The notes under the pieces were generated by a model. That model saw only the letters and a program-made list of their open reading frames with translations. It was not told the DNA's origin and ran no database searches. The translations under genes were made by a program, and so were the position numbers. Positions 38,424-49,600 of a stretch of 64,000 nucleotides of DNA are shown here, piece after piece (the stretch's first letter is position 1; each line of letters opens with the position of its first letter). The stretch is from contig JBDRCO010000081.1 of assembly GCA_043821645.1 (NCBI GenBank), positions 32,484 through 96,483 of the forward strand, written 5' to 3'. Source of the DNA: Pseudomonadota bacterium (GTDB lineage: Bacteria > Myxococcota > JACRCW01 > JAFGSX01).

Positions 38424-39515
38424 ATGGCAGCATCGGTGGTCGCCGTGCTCCGTACCACCCCCAACACGGTGGTCGAGGACTACGCGCGGCTTCTCGACCT
38501 GGCCGGGTGCGGCGCCGCGCTGGATGAACAGCGGGGGGCCTTCGTCAAGGTCTGCCATTCTCACAACGACTTCTTCCCCTCTGCTGGTACCCCACCCTGG
38601 CAGCTGGATGGGGTGCTCGGCTGGCTGGGTCAACGCGGTCTTCGCCGCGACCAGATCGTCGTCGGGGAGAACCGGACCGTGAGCACCGAGCTGTCCAGGG
38701 TAAAAAAAAGTCACCGCTGGGCTCAGGTGGTGGCGCGCCACGGCGTGCGCTTCTTGGATCTGGATACCGCGGTGTGGGATGACCTCGAGGGGGCTTCGGA
38801 CGGCCTGGTCGCGGACTGGACTCCTTTCGGGGGGCCCGCGATGCCTCGCGAGGCCCGAGGCAAGACCCTCGTGCACCTGGCCCCCATGAAGGTCCACGGG
38901 CACAGCGTCGCCACCGGCAGCATGAAGAGCGCCTTCAACCTGTTGCTGCGGTACCGGACCTGTCACCGGGCGCATCGCCAGATACACGAGACCCTGGCTG
39001 ACATGCTCTATCTCCAGCACAGGGTGCTCGGGCAGGAGCTGATAGGTGTCATCGATGGCGTCTTTGGTGGCAACGGCAAGGGGCCGGTGACGCTCACTCC
39101 GGTGGAGAAGAACGTCATCCTGGCCAGCCGAGATCTGGTGGCCCTGGACGCCGTCGCCGTGTCGATGATGGGTTTCGAGCCACGCGCCGTTCCCTTTGTC
39201 TGGATGGCCCACCAGCGCGGCCTGGGCTGCGCGGACCTGTCTCGGATCTCGGTCGTGGGTGAGGATATTCGGGGAGTGTCCTTTGGTTTCAAATCCGAAC
39301 GGAACCTCGTCATCTACGTCGATCAGCTACTGCGCAGGAGGCTCGGCCCCGGGGCCCGACGGGTGATGCTGGACTCCCCCCTGGACCGGCTGGCGATCAC
39401 GGCGTCGCTGGTGTACCACAACGTCTACTGGGGTCGTCTGCTTGCTCCCCGCCGGATGAAGGGCTTTCATGAGAGTGGCTGGGCCCGATGCTGGGAAGGA
39501 TACGCTGCCCAGTAG
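38424..39515 (+). CDS. DUF362 domain protein (LarA-related)
   Basis: TTPNTVVEDY, FPSAGTPPWQL, MKVHG...TGSMK, GKGP and DLVALDAV. Confidence 0.8.
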   Translation: MAASVVAVLRTTPNTVVEDYARLLDLAGCGAALDEQRGAFVKVCHSHNDFFPSAGTPPWQLDGVLGWLGQRGLRRDQIVVGENRTVSTELSRVKKSHRWAQVVARHGVRFLDLDTAVWDDLEGASDGLVADWTPFGGPAMPREARGKTLVHLAPMKVHGHSVATGSMKSAFNLLLRYRTCHRAHRQIHETLADMLYLQHRVLGQELIGVIDGVFGGNGKGPVTLTPVEKNVILASRDLVALDAVAVSMMGFEPRAVPFVWMAHQRGLGCADLSRISVVGEDIRGVSFGFKSERNLVIYVDQLLRRRLGPGARRVMLDSPLDRLAITASLVYHNVYWGRLLAPRRMKGFHESGWARCWEGYAAQ

Positions 39516-39531
39516 CCCGGGAGTTCGCGCC

Positions 39532-40959
39532 ATGACAAAGAGCCGCGTCGTCACTGAAAAAGTGAACCTCATCTTTGTCGTCGCCATCCTTTTTGGCCTG
39601 ATCATTCGGGTTGTTCCGGACGGGCGTAGCCTGTGGTTCGATGAGCTGTATTCGGTCGTCACGGCCTACAAATACGGTTCGTTTCACGACTTGTGGTGGG
39701 GCCGTCTGGTCCGAGAAATCCACCCCCCGCTGTACCAGATCATTCTTTATTACTGGGTGATCCTGTTCGGTGATTCTGAATACGTGGTTCGTCTCCCCAG
39801 CGTGCTTGCGGGTGTTTCCCTCGTCCTCTTTGTCTACTTTTACGGCAGGAAACTGCTCGACAAGAGCCAGGCACTGTTGCTCACGGCACTGCTGGCCGTG
39901 TCCTGGGGCGGAATTTTCTATGCGCATGAAGCCCGCAGTTACTCCTTGCTGCTGATGCTGAGTGCGGTGCTGATGCTGAAGTCGTTGCAGTGGATGACTT
40001 TCAGATCGAGCATCCCTGTCCGTCAAATGCTCGAGATGTTCATCCTCGGACTCCTGCTGTGCCACACGCACTACTTTGGAGCCCTGCTGTGGTTTTCAAA
40101 CCTAATCGCCTTGATGGCCTTCTTGAATCTATCGCGACTCAAAGTGATCGCACTGGCATTCGTCTCCATGCTGGCATTTGTGCCCTGGATGATTCTCAAC
40201 TCAGGCTACATTGAGATCGAAGGGGGGAGCTGGATAGGTCAGCTGGGTCGCGACGAAATGTTGCTCTGGTTTGTCGACCTCGTGACGGCAAATATTTATG
40301 TTTTCTGGATGCTGGCCGCATTGATTTTGTACAGATTGTTTTTTCAATTCAAACCATTGCTGGCGGCAGCAAGCAACGGGTCTTTTCATTACTCCGTTTC
40401 AGTTCTCTTTCTTGCGGGGCTCTTTGCGGTGCTCATCAACCGTCTCTACATGCCAATTATTACTGCGAGAAACATGATTATCGTGCTTCCCTTTCTGTAC
40501 ATGATCATATCCACCTGGTTCACAGATGCCGTCGAGGATGAAGGGCACTCCAGGGGCTGGCTTTTTCGTATCCCACCAGCGTATGTGAGCGCCTGTCTTG
40601 TCCTGGTCATGCTGGGGAGCTCTCTTTTCAAATTCGTTTCGTATGAAAAAGAAGACTGGCGGGGATCCGCTGCTTCCGTCGCGCGCATCCGCAATCTTGA
40701 AAGAGTATATTTCATCGGAGAGTTCGAAAAATACTGGCACTACCTTCGAAGAGCAGATTTCAACAAGGACAAGATGACCCAGGCACTCGAAGCGAATTAT
40801 TCTGCGCCGGAGGTCGGCTCTGTTTCCGTTTTGTGGCATTGCTCTGACCCCGTCGGCTACGAGCGGCTCAAGCAGACCCTGACGGAAATGCGTCTTGAAA
40901 CAGTTGATGAGATTTATTTTAACCGGGAGAAGTCCTGCGCCTACACAGTCTTCAAATGA
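39532..40959 (+). CDS. GT-C (ArnT/PMT-like, GT39/83) membrane glycosyltransferase
   Basis: SLWFDE, HPPLY, RLPSV, EARSY and HTHYFG motifs, many TM helices, markedly lower GC than the flanks. Confidence 0.85.
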   Translation: MTKSRVVTEKVNLIFVVAILFGLIIRVVPDGRSLWFDELYSVVTAYKYGSFHDLWWGRLVREIHPPLYQIILYYWVILFGDSEYVVRLPSVLAGVSLVLFVYFYGRKLLDKSQALLLTALLAVSWGGIFYAHEARSYSLLLMLSAVLMLKSLQWMTFRSSIPVRQMLEMFILGLLLCHTHYFGALLWFSNLIALMAFLNLSRLKVIALAFVSMLAFVPWMILNSGYIEIEGGSWIGQLGRDEMLLWFVDLVTANIYVFWMLAALILYRLFFQFKPLLAAASNGSFHYSVSVLFLAGLFAVLINRLYMPIITARNMIIVLPFLYMIISTWFTDAVEDEGHSRGWLFRIPPAYVSACLVLVMLGSSLFKFVSYEKEDWRGSAASVARIRNLERVYFIGEFEKYWHYLRRADFNKDKMTQALEANYSAPEVGSVSVLWHCSDPVGYERLKQTLTEMRLETVDEIYFNREKSCAYTVFK

Positions 40960-41206
40960 GGACACATCCTGAAACAGGGGACACGCACGTCGGGGATTCC
41001 ATGGATTGGCACGAAGGCAGTAGTGTGGTCCGATGCATCACAAGAGTGAGCGTTGTGGCTCACCGCGACCCGGGATGATGATCAAGTATGCACCGATTTA
41101 CCGTGCGCGCACCTTCCGGCCAGCGATTCCGATGACGAAGCATGGGTAGGGCCCCGTCGCCACTCTGGACGTGGCTGTGGTGCCCGGCTCGACGGAGTGA
41201 CCCGTT

Positions 41207-43198
41207 CTGACGAAGCCCGACCACGCACCCCGTCAAGGCCGGGACGCCTCTTGGTGGCACAGGAGGCCGGAGATCCTCGTTCATGTGCTGCTGACGGCGG
41301 CAGTCCTCGGCGTCTTTGGCCAGGTTGTCGGCTTCTACCTCGTCCACTTCGACGACGACGCCTACATCGCCGCAAACGCGAAGGTGCTCCAGGGCCTCAG
41401 CTTCGAGACCGTGCGCTGGGCGTTCACGTCCCTGTACCAGGAGCACTGGCATCCCCTCACCTGGCTCAGCCACCTGCTCGACTACTCGCTGTACGGACCC
41501 GATCCTCGCTGGCACCACCTCACCAGTCTGCTGCTGCACCTCGCCAACACGCTGCTTGTGTTCGTGGCGCTGCGTCGCATGACGGGTGACCTGTGGCGAA
41601 GTGCCTTCGTGGCCGCGCTGTTTGCCCTGCACCCCGCTCACGTGGAGACGGTGGCGTGGATCTCGGACCGCAAGGACCTGCTCGCCGGCACGATGTGCTT
41701 CGGTGTGCTCGCCCTTTACCCGGGCTTTGTCAGCAAGCGCGGATGGGCGCGTTTTCTGGCGCTCGTGCTCCTGTACGTCCTGGCGCTGATGTCCAAGATG
41801 AGTTCGCTCCTTATCCCCGTCGGGCTGCTGCTGCTCGACTTCTGGCCACTGGCGCGTCACCGCCAGGCCGCGGGTGATCTCACGCGCGCCGCGCCGCTGG
41901 TTCTCAGCAGGCAGATGGTGCTGGAGAAGCTGGCCCTGGTGGCGATCCTGATCCCCGCTCTCTTCTTTGCCTTGCTGGCCAATGTGATGGGAGACGCCCG
42001 TGCCCTTGACCGGGCGCTGACGACCAACTGGGACTACATCTCCACCGCGTTCGTGTCCTGCTGGTTTTACATCGGCAAGCTGTTCTGGCCTGTTCATCTG
42101 GCCACACCCTACCCCGCACCTGTCGTACCGCCCCTCTGGCTGGGCCTGCTCGCTGGCGGTGCATTGCTGGTGGTGACCGTCGGGATCGCGCGCAGAGCAC
42201 GCACACACACCTACCTGCTGGTGGGCTGGGTCTGGTACCTGGTGATGCTGGTGCCGTCCCTGGGTCTGGTGATGCTCGGAACGCACATCCGCGCTGACCG
42301 CTACACCTATCTTCCCTACCTCGGCCTCTTTGTCCTGATCACCTGGGGGGCCGGCGATCTGCTGGGGAACTGGCGCCACCGGCAAAGGGCTCTTCGTGGT
42401 GCAGCGGTGATCATCTTGGCGGCGTGCGCCCTGCTATCGTGGAGGCAGGTAGGTTTCTGGAGGGACAGCCAGACCCTGTTTGAGCACGCCATCGCCGTCA
42501 CCGACGGTAACACCATCGCCTGCAACAACCTCGGCGCGACCCGCCATGAGATGGGTGATCTGAAGGGGGCGCTGCACTACTTCCGGCTCTCGCTGGAGGC
42601 TGACCCGGATGAATATGTCGCTCTGAACAACATGGGGGTCATCCTCATGCAGATGGGCCAGCTGGATAGCGCCGAGGTCTCTCTCAGGCGCGCGATCGCG
42701 GTTGGCCGGTACCCGACGGATGCTCACAACAACCTGGGCGAGGTCCTGATGGCACGGGGGCACCACGAGGATGCCATCGCCCAGTTTCAAAGCGCACTCC
42801 TGTATAAACCCGAGCGCGCGGACGCACGGTTCAACCTGGGCAGTGCGCTGGCGCAGCTCGGCAGGTTCGACGAGGCGGAGACGGAGCTGAACATCGCCCT
42901 CACGCACGCCCCGGACTCGGTCGAGGTCCACAACAACCTGGGAAGCGTGCTACTATCCAAGGGCGCGATCGGGCCCGCCATCCAACAGTACACCGAGGCA
43001 CTGAAGTTGAAGCCTGATCACGTCGAGTCCCTGCTGAACATGGGCATCGCGCTGGAACGCCTGGGTCAGCTCGAACAGGCGGAAGAGGTCCTCCGGCGGG
43101 TGCTCCTCCTCTACCCGGGCCACCCGGCAGCACGGCGACAACTCGACGCCCTTCGCCGCCTGCAGAGATCCGGTGGCACGACAATGGTTCCGGAGTAG
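41207..43198 (+). CDS. TMTC-like GT-C (protein O-mannosyltransferase-like) membrane protein with C-terminal TPR repeats
   Basis: FDDDAYI, WHPLTWLSH, LHPAHVETVAWISDRKD, ADRYTYLP and about six TPRs (AxNNLG). Start is either GTG 41285 or an in-frame CTG at 41207. Confidence 0.9.
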   Translation: MTKPDHAPRQGRDASWWHRRPEILVHVLLTAAVLGVFGQVVGFYLVHFDDDAYIAANAKVLQGLSFETVRWAFTSLYQEHWHPLTWLSHLLDYSLYGPDPRWHHLTSLLLHLANTLLVFVALRRMTGDLWRSAFVAALFALHPAHVETVAWISDRKDLLAGTMCFGVLALYPGFVSKRGWARFLALVLLYVLALMSKMSSLLIPVGLLLLDFWPLARHRQAAGDLTRAAPLVLSRQMVLEKLALVAILIPALFFALLANVMGDARALDRALTTNWDYISTAFVSCWFYIGKLFWPVHLATPYPAPVVPPLWLGLLAGGALLVVTVGIARRARTHTYLLVGWVWYLVMLVPSLGLVMLGTHIRADRYTYLPYLGLFVLITWGAGDLLGNWRHRQRALRGAAVIILAACALLSWRQVGFWRDSQTLFEHAIAVTDGNTIACNNLGATRHEMGDLKGALHYFRLSLEADPDEYVALNNMGVILMQMGQLDSAEVSLRRAIAVGRYPTDAHNNLGEVLMARGHHEDAIAQFQSALLYKPERADARFNLGSALAQLGRFDEAETELNIALTHAPDSVEVHNNLGSVLLSKGAIGPAIQQYTEALKLKPDHVESLLNMGIALERLGQLEQAEEVLRRVLLLYPGHPAARRQLDALRRLQRSGGTTMVPE

Positions 43199-43203
43199 AC
43201 AGC

Positions 43204-44166
43204 GTGTCGTCTAGCGCCAGAGCTGGTCCCGGACCGTCAAGCACGCAGGTGGAGTCTCCTGAATCGGCCGCGCTTCCCTTCGCCTCGATCATCATCCCCA
43301 CGCGCGACCGGCCGCAGGCCCTGAAGGCCTGCCTGAGAGCCCTGACGGCGCAGGACTTTCCGGGCGAGCGCTTCGAAGTCATCGTCGTCAATGACGGCGG
43401 ACGCGAGGCGTTGCCCACCGTGCTCGCCGAGTTCGAGGGTCAACTTGGCTTGACGCTTCTGTCGCAGGAAGGCACCGGGCCAGCCAGCGCTCGCAACAAG
43501 GGTGCCGGGGTGGCGCGGGGCGACCTGCTGGTCTTCACGGATGATGATTGTGTGCCCGCACCCACGTGGTTGAGGGCCCTGGTGAGTCGCTCCACGCTCA
43601 ACCCGGGGCACGCCCTCGGCGGTCAGACGATCAATGCTCTCCACGACAACGTGTACGCCTCGGCAAGCCAGCTCATCGTCGATGCGGTCTACGCCTACTA
43701 CAACAGCAGCCCGGAGAATGCTGGTTTCTTCACGACCAACAACCTCGCTGTGCCCCGCGACGTGTTCCGCGCCATTGGTGGCTTCGACGAAACATTCCAG
43801 ACCGCCGAGGACAGAGAATTTTGCGATCGCTGGCGATTTCAGGGCTTCTCGCTGAGGTACGCTCCAGAGGCAAAGATCCATCACCGGAACGACATGGGCA
43901 TGGCGGGCTATCTCCGGCAGCACTTTCGCTACGGCCGTGGGGCCTTTTGCTTTCAGGTGGCCCGCGCCGCCAGGCGCCGGCGGCGCCTCGAGCTTTCACC
44001 CGCGGAGTTCTACATGCACCTGCTCCGCTTTCCTTTTCTGGAGCAGCGAGGTCGCCGCGCCGCCCTGATGGAGCTTTTGCTGCTTCTGTCCCAGATGATC
44101 AGTGCTGCAGGTTTCGCGGCCGAGATGGTCACCACGCTCGCGACCCGCATCGGCGACCATGACTGA
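43204..44166 (+). CDS. Glycosyltransferase family 2
   Basis: IIIPTRDR, VVNDGG, ARNKG, FTDDDC, GGFDE..AED and YGRG. Start uncertain. Confidence 0.9.
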   Translation: MSSSARAGPGPSSTQVESPESAALPFASIIIPTRDRPQALKACLRALTAQDFPGERFEVIVVNDGGREALPTVLAEFEGQLGLTLLSQEGTGPASARNKGAGVARGDLLVFTDDDCVPAPTWLRALVSRSTLNPGHALGGQTINALHDNVYASASQLIVDAVYAYYNSSPENAGFFTTNNLAVPRDVFRAIGGFDETFQTAEDREFCDRWRFQGFSLRYAPEAKIHHRNDMGMAGYLRQHFRYGRGAFCFQVARAARRRRRLELSPAEFYMHLLRFPFLEQRGRRAALMELLLLLSQMISAAGFAAEMVTTLATRIGDHD

Positions 44167-44217
44167 GCGGAGCGCGACTCTGGAGCTCCCGTCCTCGGCG
44201 CCGCCGGGGGTTCGCGC

Positions 44218-46410
44218 ATGATCGATCCTCGCGATCCAGACTCCGGCAACCCGCCAGTCTCGCCGCAACGTCCTCGCTACCCCTACGCCCCGGAAACCCT
44301 GGACGCTGTCCCCGTCGTCTCTGTCGTGACGACGATGGGCGGCACAGCCGCACAGCTCACCCAGACGGCCGCCTCTGTCTTCGGCCAATCCCTGCAAGCC
44401 TTCGAATGGATCGTCGTTGGCGACGACGCGACAGCCCGCGAGCGCCTTTTCGCCGAGCAAGGTCGCGACCCCCGGCTGCGGGTCGTCGAGCGGGGACCCC
44501 TCCTCGGTGCTGGCCGTGCTCTCGACGAGGGGATCCACGCCGCGCATGCGCCTTTCGTGGTCCCGCTCGACTGCGGTGACCAGCTCGAGCCAACCGCCCT
44601 CGAGAAGTGGAGCTGGCACCTCGCCTCCTTTCCCGAGCACGCCTGGGTGAGCAGCTTCAGCGTCGTCCCCGGCAACACGGGCGAGTGCCGCACCCAACCC
44701 CTCGACAGCGGGACGCAGGCCTCGCGTCGACTGGCCCCGCCACCTGCCGTCGTCATGTTGAGGAGGGAGCTGGTCGAGAAGCTCGGCGGCTTCGGCGACA
44801 GCCTCTGTGCGACGCAGGTCACATCGGATTTCTGGCGGCGCTGCACAGACCTCGGACTTCGCGGCGAGACCCTGCCGGAGTTTCTGCACTGGCACCTGTG
44901 CGAGCACGAGACCACACACCGGCGCGCCAGCCTCCGAAGTCTGGCGCTCGCGACACCGATGCTCCGGCAGGAGCCCTTTGCTCGGCTCCCGGAGGAGCTG
45001 CCCTTCGCGAACCGGCTGCGCACGCAGCGGCGCCGCCTGCTCATGGTGGTGCCCTGGTTGACCCTGGGCGGTGCCGATCGCTTCAACCTCGACCTCGTGA
45101 GGTGGCTGGACGCGCACGATGTCGAGGTCAGCCTGTGCGGAACCAAACCGGGTCCCTCGAGCTGGCTGCCGCAGTTCGCACGCACGACGCCGGACATCTT
45201 CTTGCTGCCCTCCTTTCTCCGCCTCCCGGACTACCCGCGCTTTCTTTGCTATCTCATCGAGTCCAGGGCCATCGATGTCGTCCTGCTGTCGCACAGCGAG
45301 CTGGGCTACCGGCTGCTCCCCTACCTTCGCTCGCGCTGCCCGCAGGTGACCTACCTCGACTACAACCATGTGGTGGAGCGCGGATGGCAGGGCGGCGGCC
45401 ACCCGCGCAGCGGTGTTGGCTACCAGGACCTGCTCGATCTCAGCGTCGTCAGCAGCGAGGACCTGCGCCAGTGGATGGTGCAGCAGGGGGCGGACCAGCG
45501 GCGGGTCGCGGTGTGCTACACCGGCGTGGACCCCGAGCTGTGGGATCCCCGGACCCAGGATCCCCTGGAGACCCGGCGCGAGCTGGGCATTGACCCGGAG
45601 ACGCCGCTGCTGCTGTTCGCCGGTCGGCTGTGCACGCAGAAGCAACCCCACCTGCTGGCCGAGGTGCTGCGAGCGCTGAAGCAGCGACGGGAGAAATTCT
45701 GCTGCGTGATCGCCGGTGACGGCGACCTGCGGATGTTCCTGACCGCCTACCTGCGCCTGCATCGTCTGCGCGACCACGTCCGCATGCTGGGCGACGTGAC
45801 CAGCCAGGACATGCGAGCGCTGATGGCCGCCGCGGATATCCTGTTCTTGCCGTCTGCGTGGGAGGGGATCGCCGTTTCGGTGTACGAGGCCATGGCCAGC
45901 GAGACCGTACCGGTGACCGCTGACGTCGGCGGGCAGCGAGAGCTGGTGACGCCTGAATGCGGAGTCCTGGTCTCGCCGCATGCCGACCAGCTGTCGAGCT
46001 ATGTGCAGGCCCTGACCGATCTGATGCGGTCGCCCGAGAAGCGGCGCGCGATGGCGAGTGCCGGCCGCCGCCGGATCTGTGACCAGTTTCCGCTCACGCG
46101 ATCGATGGATCGGATGCTGGAACTGCTGGATACCGCGCAGCGCGAGGCAAGGCTGTCACCACGACCCGCGATCAGCGCCCGCCTCGGCAGCGAGACGGCC
46201 GTGCAGGCCATCGAGCTGGCCCGCGTGGAGCAAGAACTGGGGCCCTTGTTCACCTTCTGGGGTGCCGTTCGCTGGCCTCGCACGCTGCTCGGGGGTCTGG
46301 CTGCGCCCATGCGACCGGTGCGGTCCATGTACTGGGCGGCCTCCTCGCTGCTCCGCTCGACCCCGCTGCGCGACCTTGCCGAGCGGCTGCTGGGCAGCGG
46401 CCACATCTAA
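44218..46410 (+). CDS. GT2(degenerate)-GT4 bifunctional-type glycosyltransferase
   Basis: GT4 motifs GGADRF, FAGRL..QK and PSAWEG...YEAMA. The N-terminal GT2-like domain has altered acidic motifs. Confidence 0.88.
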   Translation: MIDPRDPDSGNPPVSPQRPRYPYAPETLDAVPVVSVVTTMGGTAAQLTQTAASVFGQSLQAFEWIVVGDDATARERLFAEQGRDPRLRVVERGPLLGAGRALDEGIHAAHAPFVVPLDCGDQLEPTALEKWSWHLASFPEHAWVSSFSVVPGNTGECRTQPLDSGTQASRRLAPPPAVVMLRRELVEKLGGFGDSLCATQVTSDFWRRCTDLGLRGETLPEFLHWHLCEHETTHRRASLRSLALATPMLRQEPFARLPEELPFANRLRTQRRRLLMVVPWLTLGGADRFNLDLVRWLDAHDVEVSLCGTKPGPSSWLPQFARTTPDIFLLPSFLRLPDYPRFLCYLIESRAIDVVLLSHSELGYRLLPYLRSRCPQVTYLDYNHVVERGWQGGGHPRSGVGYQDLLDLSVVSSEDLRQWMVQQGADQRRVAVCYTGVDPELWDPRTQDPLETRRELGIDPETPLLLFAGRLCTQKQPHLLAEVLRALKQRREKFCCVIAGDGDLRMFLTAYLRLHRLRDHVRMLGDVTSQDMRALMAAADILFLPSAWEGIAVSVYEAMASETVPVTADVGGQRELVTPECGVLVSPHADQLSSYVQALTDLMRSPEKRRAMASAGRRRICDQFPLTRSMDRMLELLDTAQREARLSPRPAISARLGSETAVQAIELARVEQELGPLFTFWGAVRWPRTLLGGLAAPMRPVRSMYWAASSLLRSTPLRDLAERLLGSGHI

Positions 46411-46656
46411 AGGCGGACGATGCTCGACTGTGCCTGTCATCGCCTGTGCCAGGAGGCGCCTGCCCACCGCCGGGACCCGGGAGGACGCCTGCCCTTGCCA
46501 CGGCTTGGCCCCAGGCCGCCGCTGCGGCCCTGCTTTACGCATGATAGAAGTTCGCCGGGCGCCGGATGTGAACGCATGGCCGCAACCGGGCGCCCATGAC
46601 CAGCGCGGAGGACTGCACCTCCCGCCACTGTCGCTCCTGCAGGAGCTGAGGTCGTC

Positions 46657-49600
46657 GTGCGCACGGGTTCGAGCTCACCATCCCGCCACGCCCTGACCCC
46701 TGACGGGAAACTGGCGGGGTACCGCGCGCGGATGCTGCCCTGGCTGCTGACTGGCTCTGCCCGCACGACACCACGCGACACGCTGTTCGCGACGGCGCAT
46801 CGTGTGCTCCTGGCGTCGGGACTCGGTGCCCTCGAGGAGATCCCGGCGTCGATACGGCGGGTGTGGGGCCAGGAGATCCTCGGGGCCCAGCGGCGGGAGA
46901 CGGGGAGCTTCGCGAGCCGCCGGGCCAGGCTGACCGTGCCCGGGGACCGCTTTCCGCCTGTCGATGTGACGACGTGCGCCGATACCTGGCTGGCCCTGCA
47001 GGCCTTGGACGCGCTGGGGATCACCGCGAAGCATCCGCTGCGTTTTTTGGACAGGCTGAAGACGGACGAAGACTGGGCAGCTCAGCTGGCGTCGCTGGCG
47101 TGGAGTGATCCGCTCGAAACCAGCGCGCAGGTGTGTGCTCTGCTCTCCTTTCTGATCTACCGCACGGAGGTCGAGGGCCACGCCGACACGCCGGCGGTCT
47201 ATCACCGCACCCTCGACAGGTTGGAGGCGCAGCGCGAACACCGCAGCGGGCTGTGGCGAGCCAGCGAGGGAGGCTCCCTGCAAGCGGCCATCGTTGCCAC
47301 CAGCCGCATCGCCGCGTGCTTCGAGTATGTCCACCGTCCCCTGACCCGCGTCTCCGGGATCCTCGATGCCGCCCTGAGCCTGGAGCTGGCCTCGGATTCG
47401 CGGGGGGCGGCAGCCCGGACCGACGCCCTGGTGCACCACGCCCTCAGCCGTCTGCTGGCCGGGGCTCTGGGCCGCCATCGCTACCGCTGCGATGAGATCC
47501 ACGACGCTCTCGTCGAACTTGGCCACCACATCTCCACGACGGCGATGCCCCGGGGCGGCGAGCGCTGGGTGAGGAGCCGCGACGTTGGTGCGTCTCTGCA
47601 GACCACCTGCCTGCGCGCGTGGTCCCTGGCCTTCATCGAACAGGCGACCAAGGCCGGGGACCCTGGCGTTCGACAGGGGTTCTTTTCACGTCGGCCCGGG
47701 ATCGGTTTCCACCGCCCGGCGGGGAGCCTGTCGGAAGCCGAACAGGCCGTGTTGCCGCGCTGGGTTCCATCGCTGCACACGCTGGGTTTCGCAAAGCCCG
47801 ACACCGCACCAGGGCAGGCTGCCATTAGCGTCGTCGTGCCCTGCTTCAACCTTGGCCACTACCTGCCCGAGGCGCTGGGCTCCCTCGCCCGACAGACCAC
47901 GCAGGACTTCGAGGTGATCGTCATCGACGACGGCTCGACCGACGCCTTCACGCGCTTTCTGCTGCGGCACTGGGACGGCGAGAGCCGGCGCGTTCGTGTG
48001 ATGACCCAGTCCAACCAGGGCGTGGCCGCGGCGCGCAACCATGCCATCCGGCACGCGGTGGGCCGCTACATCTGTTGCCTGGACCCCGACGACACGCTGC
48101 GGCCCGATTTTCTGCGGCAGGCGCTGGCCGTCCTCGACAGCGAGGCCGACGTCGGCTTTGTCTCTGGTCACTTCCAGGTCTTCGACGAGCGCGAGGAGCT
48201 GTTCGAGTATGCCTCGTGTGAGCCGCCCGATCTGCTGGTGCACAACACCGTCGTCGAGCCGGCGGTATTCCGCCGCAGCGCCTGGGAAAAGGCCGGCGGC
48301 TACTTCGGTGGCTTCAGCTCGCCGGGCATCGAGGACTGGGATCTGTGGATTCATCTGGTCGAGCAGGGCTACCGCGGACACATCCTGCCTCAGATCGTGT
48401 GGGACTACCGCGATCGCATCGACCAGATGTCGGTCACGATGTACAGGCCAGATGTCTGGAGCCGGCTGATCGGCGAGCTGGCAGGGCGGCACGCCAGGCT
48501 GTTTCAGCAGTACCTGCCCGAGGTGGTCAGCGGCAACGCGCGCCTTCGCGCCCAGGCCCTGGCCTGGGCCAGGGACCGCGAGCGCGCCCGCGACTGGTGG
48601 CAAACTCAAGCCGGCAACTGGCGACGAGAAGCCACACGGCGGACAGCAGCGGCGCAGGTCCTGCACGACATCGTGAAGACTCCGCGCGCCCTGACGCCAG
48701 CAGCGCCAGCGCCGGGAGAGCCCGCCCTGGCGCCCGAGGCCACAGCCGAGCTGCGGCGTCCGGACGCGGTCAGGTCCCCGGGGATGGGTTCCGGCGCGCC
48801 CGACCACGCCAGTCCACCCGGCTCATCGACACGTCCCGGATTTGCCTACCGGCCCGCAGGTGATGCGACACCGGGTGTGACCATCGTGACGCCCTTCTTC
48901 GACACGGGCCCCATCTTTCACGAGACGGCACGTTCGGTCCTGGGGCAGTCCTTTCAGCACTGGCAGTGGCTCATCGTCAATGACGGCTCGATGGACGCCG
49001 AGGCCCTGGCGACGCTCGCCAGCTACCGCCGGTCGGATCCCCGCATCGTCGTCATCGACCTGGCCACAAACCGCGGACCCGGGGCGGCCCGCAACGTCGG
49101 CTTCGCGCGGGCGCGCACCGAGTGGGTCGTCCAGCTCGACAGCGACAACCTGCTCGAGCCGACCGCGGTCGAGAAGTGGCTGTGGTTCCTCGTCACCCAC
49201 CCCCAGCACGCCTTCGTCAAGGGCTTCAGCGTCGGCTTCGGTGCCCAAAACTACTTGTGGCGACGAGGTTTTCACGACCGCGAGGCCTTTCTCGAGCGCA
49301 ACCTGGTCGATGCTACCTGCCTGATCCGGAGCTCGGTCCATCGCGAGGTGGGCGGCTACGACGAGGCCATCCGCCACGGCCTCGAGGATTGGGACTTCTG
49401 GCTGCGCTGCGCCGACGCTGGCCACTGGGGAGACACGCTGCCGGAGTTCCTCGACTGGTACCGGCGCCGTCCGGACCACAGCAGGCGCTGGCCTACCTGG
49501 GATGAGGGAGCGCGGCAGCGGCGCTTCCACCAGCAGCTCCGGGCGCGCTACACCTCGCTGTGGCGTGGCCATTTTCCGCGACCACCGACCCGAGCTTCTC

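Noticed and set aside
38702-38709. A8 run in the DUF362 gene (and T8 at 17367-17374) as phase-variation sites
   Set aside because: The reading frames are intact, and there is no evidence of length variation from a single sequence.
41006-41022. TGGCACG sigma54-like element before the TMTC-like gene
   Set aside because: The -24 element is good, but the -12 region (CAGTA) lacks TTGC/GC, so support is insufficient.
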